Part shown: in pieces, positions 24,855 to 35,604 of the stretch
How the letters are laid out: every line of letters starts with the position of its first letter
Position numbering within the stretch: the first letter of the stretch is position 1
From: Acutalibacteraceae bacterium
Lineage (GTDB): Bacteria; Bacillota; Clostridia; Oscillospirales; Acutalibacteraceae
Direction of reading: 5' to 3'
Length of the DNA stretch: 43,262 bases
NCBI GenBank assembly: GCA_045579885.1
Contig: JAZNMV010000196.1
Coordinates: 1 to 43,262 of the forward strand
Made by a program: the position numbers and the translations under genes
Notes under the pieces: model-generated
Database searches by the model: none
Seen by the model: the letters and a program-made list of their open reading frames with translations, nothing else
Told to the model about the DNA's origin: nothing

Positions 24855-26948
24855 ATGGAACCCAAAAAGCAAAACGACCGGCTGAAACTTTGGCAAGACA
24901 GGCTTGCGAGGAATCAGTCGGCCTACGACGGCGAGCTTTCGCTGATGGACAAGCGCGAAGAGCTTTACCGCGGTCAGAAAGACATCACACCTCTGGTCGC
25001 AGACGCCAAGAAAAAACAGACGCCGCACGTTCGCAATATCTGTGCGGAGATCATCGAAGCGCAGACAAATTCTTCAATCCCGCAGCCGAAGGTTACAGCT
25101 CGCCGGGCGAAAGACGAGAAGAAGGCCAAACTGATCGAGGACATGATCAGAAACGAACTTGACCGCATGCCGTTTGAGCAGATCAACGACATGATGGAAC
25201 GCACCGTACCGATTCAGGGCGGCGCGGCGTTTCTGCTCGAATGGGATAACACCGAGCGGACACACACCACGGTTGGCGAGCTGACGATCTCTTCACTCCA
25301 TCCGAAACAGGTGATTCCGCAGGATGGCGTGTTCACCGGCATCGAAGATATGGACTACATCATCATCAAGATGCCGCAGACAAAAGACTATATCCGCAGA
25401 CGGTACGGAGTCGAGATCGAAGACGAGAGCGAATCGGAATCCGAAGTGAAGACGGTTGGCGGCGGGAAAACCGCTGACGATATGGTCACGCAGTACATCG
25501 GGTATTATCGCAACGACAACGGCGGTATTGGGCTTTACAGTTGGGTGAACGATATCGAGCTGGAAGACATCGACGACTACCAGGCACGAAGACTGCGCCG
25601 GTGCAAACAATGCGGAGCGATTGAGCCGGAGGGCGAGGTTGACGAACCGCTGCCGAAGGCGCAGACGATCGGTGAAATCACTGTGGCCGGTATGCCAGTA
25701 GGGATCCTGGCACCGGGAGAAGATCCGGAACACCCGACCAAACCGGCGAGCGACGGAAAGAAACATTGTACGGTCTGCGGCAGCACAGAGTTTGCGGAAG
25801 GCGCAGAAGACTACGAAGAAGTATACGTCCCGATCATGCGCAGCGAAGGACCTCCGATTCCGGGCGCGAAAGTGATGCAAAGGCCATCAGAGATTATGGT
25901 TGACGTAAACGGTATGCCGGCAATGGAAGTCGTAACGGAACCGACGCGGATTCCGTACTACAAGCCCGATATTTTCCCGGTGATCCTTCACAAGAATGTC
26001 AGCGTTTACGGCCGATTCCTCGGAGACAGCGATATCGACAAGATTGCCGACCAACAGAACACGACAAACCGCATTGAGGCGAAGATCATTGAGAAGCTCG
26101 TGAAAAGCGGCAGCTACATTACGCTGCCGGATGATGCCAGCATCAAGGTTGACGAGGACGATATGAAGGTCATTCGGCCGGGCAACGCGGCAAACAAGGC
26201 CTTGATTGACGTTTACAACACCGAAGGCAACATTCAGCAGGATCTTGCGTATCTGAATCAGGTCTACGAAGAGGCACGGCAGCAGATCGGCATTACCGAC
26301 AGTTTCCAAGGACGCGCAGACAGAACAGCAACGAGCGGCAAGGCCAAAGAGTTCGCGGCAGCACAGAGCGCCGGCAGACTGGAATCAAAGCGCGTGATGA
26401 AAGATGCGGCATATGCGGCGCTGTTTGAAGCAATGTTCAAGTTTAAGCTCGCGTATACCGACGAACCGCGGCCAGTCGTATCGAAAGATATCAACGGCAA
26501 GGCACAGTACGATACCTTTAACCGCTACGATTTTCTCGAACAGGATGAGACCGGGGAATGGTATTGGAACGACCAGTTCCTGTTTTCCTGCGATACCTCG
26601 GCACCGCTTGCGAACAACCGCGAGGCGATGTGGCAGGAGACGCGCATGAATTTCCAGACCGGCGCGTATGGCGATCCGACAAACATCAAAACACTGATTT
26701 TGTTCTGGAACAAGATGGATATCCTCCACTATCCCGGTGCCGGAGAAACGAAACGCTACCTGGAAGAAGAACTTAAGGCTCAGAGCAAGCAGCAACAGAT
26801 GGCATCAGAGATGGAAACGCTCATGGCGCTGCAAAAGGCGGGACAGACGCCGCCGGGCGCAAACACCGCACAAATGGAACAGGCCGTTATCAGTAAAGCG
26901 CAGGAAGATGCTGCGAGGGCAGTTGCTGTGCGAAGACAACCAAGATAA
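24855..26948 (+). CDS. Portal protein with Zn-finger-like insertion
   Basis: Follows terL; GITDSFQG..TATSG motif typical of P22-like portals; CKQCG...CTVCG insertion. Confidence 0.85.
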   Translation: MEPKKQNDRLKLWQDRLARNQSAYDGELSLMDKREELYRGQKDITPLVADAKKKQTPHVRNICAEIIEAQTNSSIPQPKVTARRAKDEKKAKLIEDMIRNELDRMPFEQINDMMERTVPIQGGAAFLLEWDNTERTHTTVGELTISSLHPKQVIPQDGVFTGIEDMDYIIIKMPQTKDYIRRRYGVEIEDESESESEVKTVGGGKTADDMVTQYIGYYRNDNGGIGLYSWVNDIELEDIDDYQARRLRRCKQCGAIEPEGEVDEPLPKAQTIGEITVAGMPVGILAPGEDPEHPTKPASDGKKHCTVCGSTEFAEGAEDYEEVYVPIMRSEGPPIPGAKVMQRPSEIMVDVNGMPAMEVVTEPTRIPYYKPDIFPVILHKNVSVYGRFLGDSDIDKIADQQNTTNRIEAKIIEKLVKSGSYITLPDDASIKVDEDDMKVIRPGNAANKALIDVYNTEGNIQQDLAYLNQVYEEARQQIGITDSFQGRADRTATSGKAKEFAAAQSAGRLESKRVMKDAAYAALFEAMFKFKLAYTDEPRPVVSKDINGKAQYDTFNRYDFLEQDETGEWYWNDQFLFSCDTSAPLANNREAMWQETRMNFQTGAYGDPTNIKTLILFWNKMDILHYPGAGETKRYLEEELKAQSKQQQMASEMETLMALQKAGQTPPGANTAQMEQAVISKAQEDAARAVAVRRQPR

Positions 26949-27065
26949 AACCGCACAACCGCGTATTGCGCGGCTGGCTGACCACCAAGCAAAGCCAAGA
27001 GGCGGACTTTGCAAACGTGGGAAGCTACGATAGATGCACATTTTTGTTGAAAAGGAGGTAGAGAC

Positions 27066-27194
27066 ATGAAGAACGGTTACGCCGGCAAAATCGGGCACAC
27101 TGGTGTGCAGAAGGTCACCGCACCTTCCAACGGTCAGACGACCAAGGGCAAGAGCACTGTCAAGAAAGGCAACGACCTCCGCACGGGTAAATAA
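27066..27194 (+). CDS. Small basic head-region protein, 42 aa
   Basis: AGGAGG RBS; MKNGYAGKIGHTGVQKVTAP...GNDLRTGK. Confidence 0.7.
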   Translation: MKNGYAGKIGHTGVQKVTAPSNGQTTKGKSTVKKGNDLRTGK

Positions 27195-27259
27195 AACCTT
27201 TGCAGAAACCGCCTCACAATTCGCAGGAAGAGCGTAAAAATCCGAAAGGAGCACAGACC

Positions 27260-28216
27260 ATGGATACCATTGACTACGGCGCATTATTTGGCGTTGATGT
27301 AGGCGCAGAAGAGCAGGAAGTCGCCGAGCCTGCCAACGATCAGGCCGAAGATGTGCAAGGCGCAGAAGAGCAGGAAGTCGCCGAACCTGACGTGGAAACA
27401 GAACCGCAGACGACCGGTGCGGAAGAACCCGCATCCGAAATAGATACAGGCACGGTCGAGGGAAAAGAAAAGCCAAAGCAGACCAAAGAGGAGCGCGCAC
27501 AGTTTGCCGCTGCCAGAAGAAAAGCAGAAGCAGAACGCGACGCCATGATTGCCAAGGCCCGCACCGAAGCGTATGCCCAGGCACAGGAAGAAGCAAAGAA
27601 GTGGTTGGATGAAGCGATCTCCAACACGGGCTTGACAAATCCCTACACCAAGCAGCCGATCAAGTCGAAAGCGGAGTACGACGAGTACCGCACCCGCTTT
27701 GATAGCGAACGCGCAGCTCAAGTACAGCAGAAAAGTGGATTGAGTGAAGCTGAATTTACCGCATTTGTGAATAACCTTCCGCAAGTGAAGGCCGCGCTTC
27801 AGGCGCAGGAAGCAGCAAAGCAAGCTGAACAGAAAGTCCGGGAACAGGAAGCCAAAAACCGACTGGACGAAGAAATTCGGGAAATTCACGAACTTGACCC
27901 CAGTATCAACGAACCGAAAGACCTCTTTGCCATGCCGAACTATCAGCAGTTTTACGATTTGGTCAAAGCCGGAAACAGTTTCGTCAATGCGTTTAAGCTG
28001 GCCAACTTTGATAAACTGACGATGCACACCGCGGCACAGGCAAGACAGGCAGCCGCCAACGCCGCCCGCAGTAAAGATCACCTCTCACGGACGACCCCAA
28101 GAGGCGCGGGCGCTGTCTCCGTTCCGAACGACGTCAAGGAGGCATACCTTGCCTTTAACCCGAACGCCACAGAAGCGGAGATCCAAAAACACTACAACCA
28201 ATACATCAAAAAGTAA
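27260..28216 (+). CDS. Capsid scaffolding protein
   Basis: Acidic N-terminus with GAEEQEVAEP duplicated, coiled coil, located before the capsid genes. Confidence 0.75.
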   Translation: MDTIDYGALFGVDVGAEEQEVAEPANDQAEDVQGAEEQEVAEPDVETEPQTTGAEEPASEIDTGTVEGKEKPKQTKEERAQFAAARRKAEAERDAMIAKARTEAYAQAQEEAKKWLDEAISNTGLTNPYTKQPIKSKAEYDEYRTRFDSERAAQVQQKSGLSEAEFTAFVNNLPQVKAALQAQEAAKQAEQKVREQEAKNRLDEEIREIHELDPSINEPKDLFAMPNYQQFYDLVKAGNSFVNAFKLANFDKLTMHTAAQARQAAANAARSKDHLSRTTPRGAGAVSVPNDVKEAYLAFNPNATEAEIQKHYNQYIKK

Positions 28217-28234
28217 ACGAAAGGAGCACCTACC

Positions 28235-28630
28235 ATGGGCTTTATTACTCATTCCGTCGACAACGGCCATGTTCCTACGCTGGAATATCTGCCGTGCGAC
28301 GCAATCCAGCCGAAAATCGGCCTTGCCATGACGCTTTCCGGCGGCAAACTCGTGATTGCAGCCGGTACGACCAAACCGACCTACATCTGCATGACCGAGC
28401 GTGACGCCGCGGTCGCTTCCGGAGACCCGATCCCCTGCTTCCGCATTCTGCCGGAAATGGTCTTTGAGACCACATTCTCGGCGGCTGCAACGTCGCTCAA
28501 GCTCGGCAACAAGGTTACGATTGCCAGCACCGGCGACCAGGTGACCGCCACCACGACCGATGGTGTGGCTGAAATCGTCGAAATGGACGGTACGGCCGCC
28601 GGCGCGAAATGCCGCGTTCGTCTGGCCTAA
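28235..28630 (+). CDS. Capsid decoration/cement protein
   Basis: Small beta-rich protein directly upstream of the major capsid gene. Confidence 0.6.
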   Translation: MGFITHSVDNGHVPTLEYLPCDAIQPKIGLAMTLSGGKLVIAAGTTKPTYICMTERDAAVASGDPIPCFRILPEMVFETTFSAAATSLKLGNKVTIASTGDQVTATTTDGVAEIVEMDGTAAGAKCRVRLA

Positions 28631-28655
28631 GAACTAAGAAAGGGGATATATAACA

Positions 28656-29663
28656 ATGGCTGGTATTACTTTTACCGAAGGCAGCGGCCTTCAGGATTCT
28701 ATCTTTGGCAAGTCTCAGGCTCCCATCAGAATGTTCCTGGAAAAACGCGGCGAAGCGTTTGAACAGGCGTCGATGATCAACGAGCTTTTCAACGTTTCGA
28801 CCTCTTCTCATTGGGGCGAAAAATTCACCACCATGACGGCGATGGAAGGCTTTAAGCCCGTCGGCGAAAACGGCACCTATCCGCACGATGGCATGCAGGA
28901 AGGTTTTGACAAATTCCTTGAACACATGACTTGGAAAAACCAGTTCTCGATCTCCCGCGAAATGGTCGATGATGCCAAGCTCATGGATCTCAAGAAGCAG
29001 CCGGCGGCGTTCATCACTTCCTACTACCGCACCCGCGAAAAGTTTGCGGCGGCGCTGTTTGGCGGTGCGATCACCGGTGCGACGGCCGTTGATTTTGGCG
29101 GTAAGAAATTTGACGCCAAAACCGCTGACGGCAAAGCGCTGTTTGCGAAGGACCATCCGTCGGTTTTGAAAAAAGCTGCGCAGTCTAACCTTTTCGCAGA
29201 CGCTTTCTCCAACGACGCGTTGGGTGCGATGGAATCTGCGATGCAGGATTTCCGCGGCGACAGCGGCGAAGTTCTTGACGTTGCTCCGGACACCATCCTG
29301 ATTCCGAACGACTACCAGAGCAAGCGCGATGTGTTTGCCGCGATTGGCGCAGACAAGGATCCGACCACGGCCAATAACGGCTTCAACTACAACTTCGGCA
29401 GATGGAACGTCATCATCTGGCCGTATCTCAACCAGTTCATCACTTCCGGCACGAGACCGTGGGTGCTGCTCGACAAGAAGTACAACGGTGAATACGGCGG
29501 CGCGATCTGGCTTGACAGAACCAAGCTTGAAATCAAGAGCAGAATCGACGAATCCAACGATGCCAACATCTGGGGCGGCTACGCTCGATTCATCGCCGGC
29601 TTCAACGATTGGCGTTTCGCCGCTGTCGGCGGTGTTACCGGCGGCACGAAGCTGATTTCCTAA
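28656..29663 (+). CDS. Major capsid protein (HK97 fold, Mu gpT-like)
   Basis: 335 aa; FSISREMVDD, DGKALFAKDHP and PDTILIPN motifs; genomic position. Confidence 0.9.
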   Translation: MAGITFTEGSGLQDSIFGKSQAPIRMFLEKRGEAFEQASMINELFNVSTSSHWGEKFTTMTAMEGFKPVGENGTYPHDGMQEGFDKFLEHMTWKNQFSISREMVDDAKLMDLKKQPAAFITSYYRTREKFAAALFGGAITGATAVDFGGKKFDAKTADGKALFAKDHPSVLKKAAQSNLFADAFSNDALGAMESAMQDFRGDSGEVLDVAPDTILIPNDYQSKRDVFAAIGADKDPTTANNGFNYNFGRWNVIIWPYLNQFITSGTRPWVLLDKKYNGEYGGAIWLDRTKLEIKSRIDESNDANIWGGYARFIAGFNDWRFAAVGGVTGGTKLIS

Positions 29664-29678
29664 GACACAAACGACGCA

Positions 29679-29713
29679 AAGAGGGGCGGCGGAATAACCG
29701 CCTCCCCTCTTTC
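29679..29713 (+). terminator. Terminator or attenuator after the capsid gene
   Basis: agaggggcggcgg-aataa-ccgcctcccctct-ttc. Confidence 0.65.
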
Positions 29714-29731
29714 TGATAAAATGGAGGACAC

Positions 29732-32700
29732 ATGAAGCTATCAACTGTGCTTGCGATGGTAGATGAAATCAAGCCAAACGCATTCAGCGCATCGACAAAA
29801 ACCGTCTGGCTGAACGAAATAGAGGGCCTTGTTCAAACAGAGGTTTTGCTGGTTCGGATCGAAGAAATCATTTCCTACGACTATGAAACCGACGTGGACA
29901 CGGAGCTGCTTGTTCCTGCTCCGCACAACAAAATCTATGCGGCTTATTTGATGGCGCAAATTGATTTTGCAAACGGTGAATACAAAAAGTATCAAAACGC
30001 CATGGAGTTGTTTAACTCTTACTTTGGAGAATATCAGCGGTGGTTTGCGCAGAATTATCGTCCGGCGGATACGCATCCCGATGCGGACGAAGACGAGAGG
30101 CCCGGAAATATCGGGAGACCGTGGCGAGGATACTATCTTTCGGCGTATGGCTTGGCCGTAAAGCACGGATATACCGAATCGGAATCAGCGTGGATTGCGT
30201 CTCTGAAAGGTTATCCTGGTGAAAATGGAAAACCGGTCGAATTACGGTACGACGAAACGACAGATATGATACAGTGGCGCGTGTTGGATGATGCGCAATG
30301 GAAGGATCTGATGGCGGCATCTGAACTACGCGGAGAAATTATTGATCGGACGATTGCAGCGGCTGAAACGGCACAGGAAAAAGCGGAGGCTGCTGCGCTT
30401 GCGGCAGCGCAGGCGGCAGAACAAGCAGAAGACGCCGCGCCGACTGCTACCATAGAGCGCGTGGAAAATGGTGCTGAAATTACGGTACAAGATAGATACG
30501 GTGTTAGCAAAGCTGTTTTGGCGGATGGTAAAGACGGACCACCTGGAATTTCGCCGAGCATTACCGTTAAAACGTCAAACAGCAACCAGTACATTTTGAC
30601 GATCACTGACAAAAACGGCAGTTTTGATACGCCGAACCTTCGAGGCGGCGGAGGTACCGGCGGCGGTACTGGTGGTGGCGGCAGTACAAACGGCGCGGTT
30701 TTGACCGCAGAGAACACTTCCGGCTGGATTACCAAGACTATTGCAACCGGCGCGGAGGTTGATATCACGCTGAGGTGGTCTTCCGTGGAAAACGGAATGG
30801 CAACCGGAAACGGTATCCTTACGCTATCGGTCAACGATGCGCTCAAGACCTCATACGAGATCCAGCAGGGCGACGTTACCGTTCCTGTTGGCAAATACCT
30901 CACGGCGGGGCTTTGCAAGGTGCAGATTGAGATTACAGACGCTTACGGCAACAGACGGTATCTGAACAGCTCGATCACATCGGTTTCTGTTGACCTCACC
31001 TCTTATTTTGACGGCACAGTGGCGTACACAGGGGCGATCACTTTCCCATACACTCCGACCGGCGCGGTGAGCAAAACCATGCACTTCCTCGTCGACGGTA
31101 CAGAGATCGGCACGGACACCGTGACAAGCAGCGGCAGAGAACAGACCTACACGATCCCGGCGCAGAGCCACGGCAGCCATACGCTCGAAGTGTACTTCAC
31201 GGCAGAAATCGACGGCAGCCCGGTTGAGAGCAACCATCTGTTCTACGACCTCATCACCTATGTTGACGGCAGAACAGAGCCGATCATCGCCGTTCCGATG
31301 CGGTTTTCCTCGGTCAAGCAGTATTCGACCGTGGCGGTGCCGTACATCGTCTACACGCCGAATGCGCTCACCTCGGAGGTTGAGCTGAAAGAAGGCACGG
31401 AGAGCCTTATCAAGCTGACCGTTGACAGAACGCAGCAGATTTGGTCGTATAAAGCGACGCAGGACGGCACGGCGAATTTGTCCATTGTTTCGGGCAACAC
31501 TACAAAACCCATCAGTTTTACCGTTACGCCGAACTCGCTTGGTGTATCCGCAGAAACGGCAAACCTCGAACTGTATCTGACGAGCGCCGGGCGCAGCAAC
31601 AACGAATCCGACCCGCTGAAATGGACGAGCGGTGCGGTCAGCGCGGAGCTGACAGGCTTTAACCTTATCTCTGACGGCTGGATGCCGGATGACAACAAAA
31701 ACACGGTACTGCGCGTTTCTGGCGATGCGCGTGTATACATTCCGTTCAACATCTTCGGCTCTGACTTCCGAACCACCGGCAAGACCATCGAGGTCGAATT
31801 TGCCACGCGCGATGTTTTGAACTACGACGCGACCATCTTCTCGTCGTGGAGCGGTGAGCGCGGCATTAAGATCACGGCGCAAAAAGCCCTGCTGAAGTCG
31901 GAACAGAGCGAGATTTTCACTCAGTACAAAGAAGACGAGACTGTCCGCGTCGCATTCACGGTTGAAAAGCGCGCAGAGAACCGGCTGCTTGCCATCTATA
32001 TCAACGGCATCATGTCGGGCGTTGTGCAATATCCGACCGATGACGACTTCTCGCAGACCAATCCTGTCGGCATTTCCATTGGTTCGAACGATTGCACGAC
32101 GGATATCTACTGCATCCGCGTTTACTCGAACAACCTTTCGCGCTATCAGGTGCTCGACAACTGGATCGCGGATACGCAAGACCTTGAGACGCTGACTGAC
32201 CGTTATTCGCGCAACAACATCTTCGACGATTACGGCAACATCGTCACGAGCAAAATTCCGCCGTATCTGCCTTATATGGTGCTCAACGTCGACAGCTACG
32301 CCAAACTTCCGCAGAGCAAGGGCGACAAGAAGACGATCGGCGGATACTATGTCGATCCTCTGCACCCCGAAAGAAACTTTAGTTTCAGCGACGCGGAGAT
32401 CGACGTTCAGGGTACATCGTCGCAGTATTACGCGCGCAAGAACTACAAGATCAAATTTAAAGGCGGCTTCGTGATCGGCGGTGAAACAAAACCGACCTAT
32501 CAGCTCCGCAGCACGTCTATTCCGACCGATGAATTTACCTACAAGGCTGACGTGGCATCTTCCGAGGGCGCGAACAACGTCGAGCTTGCCAAACTGTACG
32601 ACGATATCTGCCCGGTGAAAACGCCGCCGCAGCTTGAAGACAGCCGCGTGAGACAAGGCATCGACGGTTACCCGATGCTGATGTTCTACGGCGAAAACAC

Positions 32701-35224
32701 GTTGACCTTCCTCGGCAAGTACAACTTCAACAACGACAAGGGCACGGAAGAAGTGTTTGGCTTTAAGAGCGGCGACGAATCGTGGGAAGTCCTGCAGAAC
32801 AATACCGACATGGTTATTTGGAAGGATGACGATTTCAGCGGCGACAGATGGAAGACCTCGTTTGAGGGCAGATACCCCGACAAGAACACCGACACCACCA
32901 ACCTCGCGGCATTCTCTTCTTGGCTGAAATCCACCGACACCACGGCGGTCAGCAGCGAAAGCGAGAAGGAAGCGCGTATTGCGAAATTCAAGAGCGAGTT
33001 TGCCAACTGGTGCAATGTTGATGCGATGCTCTTCAACTACATCTTTACCGAAGCCTTCCTCATGGTCGACAACCGCGCGAAGAACGCATTCCCGACGCGC
33101 TACGCTGCCGACGGCAAATGGCTTATCTTGCCTTACGACTACGACACCGCCATTGGTATCAACAACGAAGGTGAGCTGAAGTTCGGCTACGAACTGGAAG
33201 ACACCGACCTGATCAACGGCAACAACGTGTATAACGGTCAGGATTCCGTCCTGTACGTCAATATGCGTTTGGCTTATGCCGACGAGATCATGGAAATGTA
33301 CAAAACCCTCCGTTCGGGCGATACCTTCGATTACGCCGAAATCGAACGCCGATTCAGCGAGCATCAGGCGGTTTGGGGCGAAGCGGTGTTTAACGAGGAC
33401 GCGAAGTTCAAGTACCTTGACCCGCTGATCAATGAGGGCAACAAAACCTATCTGCCGATGCTTCAGGGCGCGAAGGCTGAACAGCGCAAGTGGTGGCTGT
33501 ACAACCGTTTCCGCTACCTCGACAGCAAATATAACGCCGGCGATGCGCTGGAAGATTACATCATGGTGCGCTCTTACGCGGTCGGCGATATCACGGTCAC
33601 TCCTTACGCCGATATCTACGCCACGGCGAAATTTGACAGCGCACTGGTGCAGAAACGCGCTCTGCGCGGCGGTTCCTATACGCTCGAAAATCCGTTGAGC
33701 GGCGGTCGAGATGCGGTTATCTCTATCTACTCCGCTTCGCAGTTATCGAGTGTCGGTGATTTAAGCGGTCTCAAAGTCGGTATGGCGGACTTTTCGAAAG
33801 CGACGAAACTGTCGACCCTGAAAGTCGGCGACGCGTCGTCTGGTTACGACAACCCGAACCTGACCGACCTCACCATCGGCAACCTCTCGCTGCTTCGCAC
33901 TCTGGATGTGCGGAACTGCTCGGCGCTGACACAGGCAGTCGACATCAGCGGATGCAAGAACATCGAGCACGTTTACTTTGACGGCACTGCAATCACGGGC
34001 GTTACGCTTCCGAACGGCGGTATCCTCAAGACCTTGCATCTGCCGAACACGGTTACGAACCTCACCGTTCTTAACCAAAGACAGCTTGCGGACTTCACGA
34101 TGCCGAGTTATGCCAACGTGTCTACGCTCCGTATCGAGAACACGCCGAACATAAACGCGGTTGCGATTGCTTCGGCAATGCCGAATAATAGCCGTGTGCG
34201 TTTGATCGGTTTCGACAGCAGCGTTGAGAACGTAAACGAGATTTACGCGATGTTCGATAAGCTCGACACCTTCCGCGGGCTTGACGAGTACGGCAACAAC
34301 ACGGACAAAGCGGTCGTCAGCGGCACGATTCACGTTGACATGGTATCGAACGCAGACTTGGAACAGTTTGCGGCGAGATATCCGAGTGTGACGATTGACT
34401 ACACGGAAATTGGCAACGTGGCAACCTTTATGGTCGATGACGAGGTTTATTTCCGTGGTGTGTTCAGAGTTGGCGAACAAATCACCGTGCCGTCGGGTGT
34501 TCCGACAAAAGAAAGCACGGCGCAGTATCACTTCTCGTTCAAGGGCTGGAGTCTTGACGGCGTGAACACAACGACCGATCTCGGCACAATGGGCGAAGAA
34601 GATGTGACGATTTACGCGCTGTTTGACGAAACGGTCAGAACATACACCGTTCGTTTCTTGAACGGAACTACAGTGCTACAGACAGGCTTTGTGGCGTATG
34701 GTACAACGCCGAGCTACACAGGCACAATGCCCGAATCGCCTGATGGATGGGACTTTGGCGGTTGGATTCCCGCCATTGCTCCCGTTACAGGCGATGTCGA
34801 CTATGTTGCGAAATTCGTTGCGCCGAGTGTAACGAGACAACTTTTGAACAGAACTATCAAAGAATATTCGAATGATAGTTTGTTAAAGGTTGGTAGAAAC
34901 TCGTTCTCGTGGTGTAAAAAATTGACAAACGTAGATTTGCCTAATGTGACGTATATTGACGCGCGTGCATTCGTCGACAGTGGCGTAACAAACATTAATT
35001 TACCAAATGTTGGAACAATTTACGACGCAGCATTTTCGGGCTGTGAAAAAATAGAAAGCATGAGGTTGCCTGCGGTTCCTCCGAGGTTAGGATACAATGC
35101 GTTTGGCGGCATCAATTCCGCGTGTGTGTTCTACGTTCCGACAGGCTCGCTTGCGGTATATCAGGAACATGTTTCGTGGAGTTCGTTGACAACCACATAT
35201 AGTTTCGTAGAGGAGGATCGATAA
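29732..35224 (+). CDS. 1830-aa virion protein: head-tail adaptor-like N-terminus, short collagen-like/Gly linker, beta domains/LamG-like, CotH-kinase-like domain, LRRs, C-terminal BspA-like LRR
   Basis: VDEIKPNAF...LLVPAPHNKIYAAYL N-terminus; RKNYKIK, YNFNNDKG, DNRAKN and PYDYDT motifs; LRTLDVRNCSAL LRRs; LTNVDLPNVTYIDARAF BspA-type repeats. Confidence 0.75.
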   Translation: MKLSTVLAMVDEIKPNAFSASTKTVWLNEIEGLVQTEVLLVRIEEIISYDYETDVDTELLVPAPHNKIYAAYLMAQIDFANGEYKKYQNAMELFNSYFGEYQRWFAQNYRPADTHPDADEDERPGNIGRPWRGYYLSAYGLAVKHGYTESESAWIASLKGYPGENGKPVELRYDETTDMIQWRVLDDAQWKDLMAASELRGEIIDRTIAAAETAQEKAEAAALAAAQAAEQAEDAAPTATIERVENGAEITVQDRYGVSKAVLADGKDGPPGISPSITVKTSNSNQYILTITDKNGSFDTPNLRGGGGTGGGTGGGGSTNGAVLTAENTSGWITKTIATGAEVDITLRWSSVENGMATGNGILTLSVNDALKTSYEIQQGDVTVPVGKYLTAGLCKVQIEITDAYGNRRYLNSSITSVSVDLTSYFDGTVAYTGAITFPYTPTGAVSKTMHFLVDGTEIGTDTVTSSGREQTYTIPAQSHGSHTLEVYFTAEIDGSPVESNHLFYDLITYVDGRTEPIIAVPMRFSSVKQYSTVAVPYIVYTPNALTSEVELKEGTESLIKLTVDRTQQIWSYKATQDGTANLSIVSGNTTKPISFTVTPNSLGVSAETANLELYLTSAGRSNNESDPLKWTSGAVSAELTGFNLISDGWMPDDNKNTVLRVSGDARVYIPFNIFGSDFRTTGKTIEVEFATRDVLNYDATIFSSWSGERGIKITAQKALLKSEQSEIFTQYKEDETVRVAFTVEKRAENRLLAIYINGIMSGVVQYPTDDDFSQTNPVGISIGSNDCTTDIYCIRVYSNNLSRYQVLDNWIADTQDLETLTDRYSRNNIFDDYGNIVTSKIPPYLPYMVLNVDSYAKLPQSKGDKKTIGGYYVDPLHPERNFSFSDAEIDVQGTSSQYYARKNYKIKFKGGFVIGGETKPTYQLRSTSIPTDEFTYKADVASSEGANNVELAKLYDDICPVKTPPQLEDSRVRQGIDGYPMLMFYGENTLTFLGKYNFNNDKGTEEVFGFKSGDESWEVLQNNTDMVIWKDDDFSGDRWKTSFEGRYPDKNTDTTNLAAFSSWLKSTDTTAVSSESEKEARIAKFKSEFANWCNVDAMLFNYIFTEAFLMVDNRAKNAFPTRYAADGKWLILPYDYDTAIGINNEGELKFGYELEDTDLINGNNVYNGQDSVLYVNMRLAYADEIMEMYKTLRSGDTFDYAEIERRFSEHQAVWGEAVFNEDAKFKYLDPLINEGNKTYLPMLQGAKAEQRKWWLYNRFRYLDSKYNAGDALEDYIMVRSYAVGDITVTPYADIYATAKFDSALVQKRALRGGSYTLENPLSGGRDAVISIYSASQLSSVGDLSGLKVGMADFSKATKLSTLKVGDASSGYDNPNLTDLTIGNLSLLRTLDVRNCSALTQAVDISGCKNIEHVYFDGTAITGVTLPNGGILKTLHLPNTVTNLTVLNQRQLADFTMPSYANVSTLRIENTPNINAVAIASAMPNNSRVRLIGFDSSVENVNEIYAMFDKLDTFRGLDEYGNNTDKAVVSGTIHVDMVSNADLEQFAARYPSVTIDYTEIGNVATFMVDDEVYFRGVFRVGEQITVPSGVPTKESTAQYHFSFKGWSLDGVNTTTDLGTMGEEDVTIYALFDETVRTYTVRFLNGTTVLQTGFVAYGTTPSYTGTMPESPDGWDFGGWIPAIAPVTGDVDYVAKFVAPSVTRQLLNRTIKEYSNDSLLKVGRNSFSWCKKLTNVDLPNVTYIDARAFVDSGVTNINLPNVGTIYDAAFSGCEKIESMRLPAVPPRLGYNAFGGINSACVFYVPTGSLAVYQEHVSWSSLTTTYSFVEEDR

Positions 35225-35604
35225 TGACAAGTTTTCAAAACACAATAGATACACTTGGCGATGAAGTTACGGCAATGAAAATTATCGACAAAACTATAAC
35301 AGAGTATAAAGATGATACTGTGGCAGAGATTGGGAGGGAATCATTTTATTATTGTGATAAATTGACAAACGTAGATTTGCCGAATATTACAAAAATTGGT
35401 AATTCAGCTTTTCAAGATTGTAAGGCTTTAATAAGTGTAAAGTTACCCGCGGCACCTCCGACGGAGGTGGGATACAATGCGTTTTACAGCATCAATTCCG
35501 CGTGTGTGTTCTACGTTCCGACAGGCTCGCTTGCGGCGTATCAGGCGGCAACCAACTGGAGTACATTGATGAGCACATACAGCTTTGTAGAAGAAGACCG
35601 TTAG
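35090..35604 (+). repeat. Shared C-terminal sequence between the large protein and its downstream paralog
   Basis: gcatcaattccgcgtgtgtgttctacgttccgacaggctcgcttgcgg is identical at ~35109 and ~35489; aattgacaaacgtagatttgcc is also shared; both proteins end YSFVEEDR. Confidence 0.9.
35224..35604 (+). CDS. Stand-alone BspA-like LRR protein
   Basis: EIGRESFYYCDKLTNVDLPNITKIGNSAFQDC; coupled to the upstream gene. Confidence 0.8.
   Translation: MTSFQNTIDTLGDEVTAMKIIDKTITEYKDDTVAEIGRESFYYCDKLTNVDLPNITKIGNSAFQDCKALISVKLPAAPPTEVGYNAFYSINSACVFYVPTGSLAAYQAATNWSTLMSTYSFVEEDR

Noticed and set aside
30851-33364. 837-aa minus-strand ORF (and similar long antisense ORFs at 2046, 4569, 6390, 9705, 10604, 23742 and 28515)
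   Set aside because: They are antisense shadows of well-supported plus-strand genes with biased codon usage, and have no RBS or recognisable motifs.
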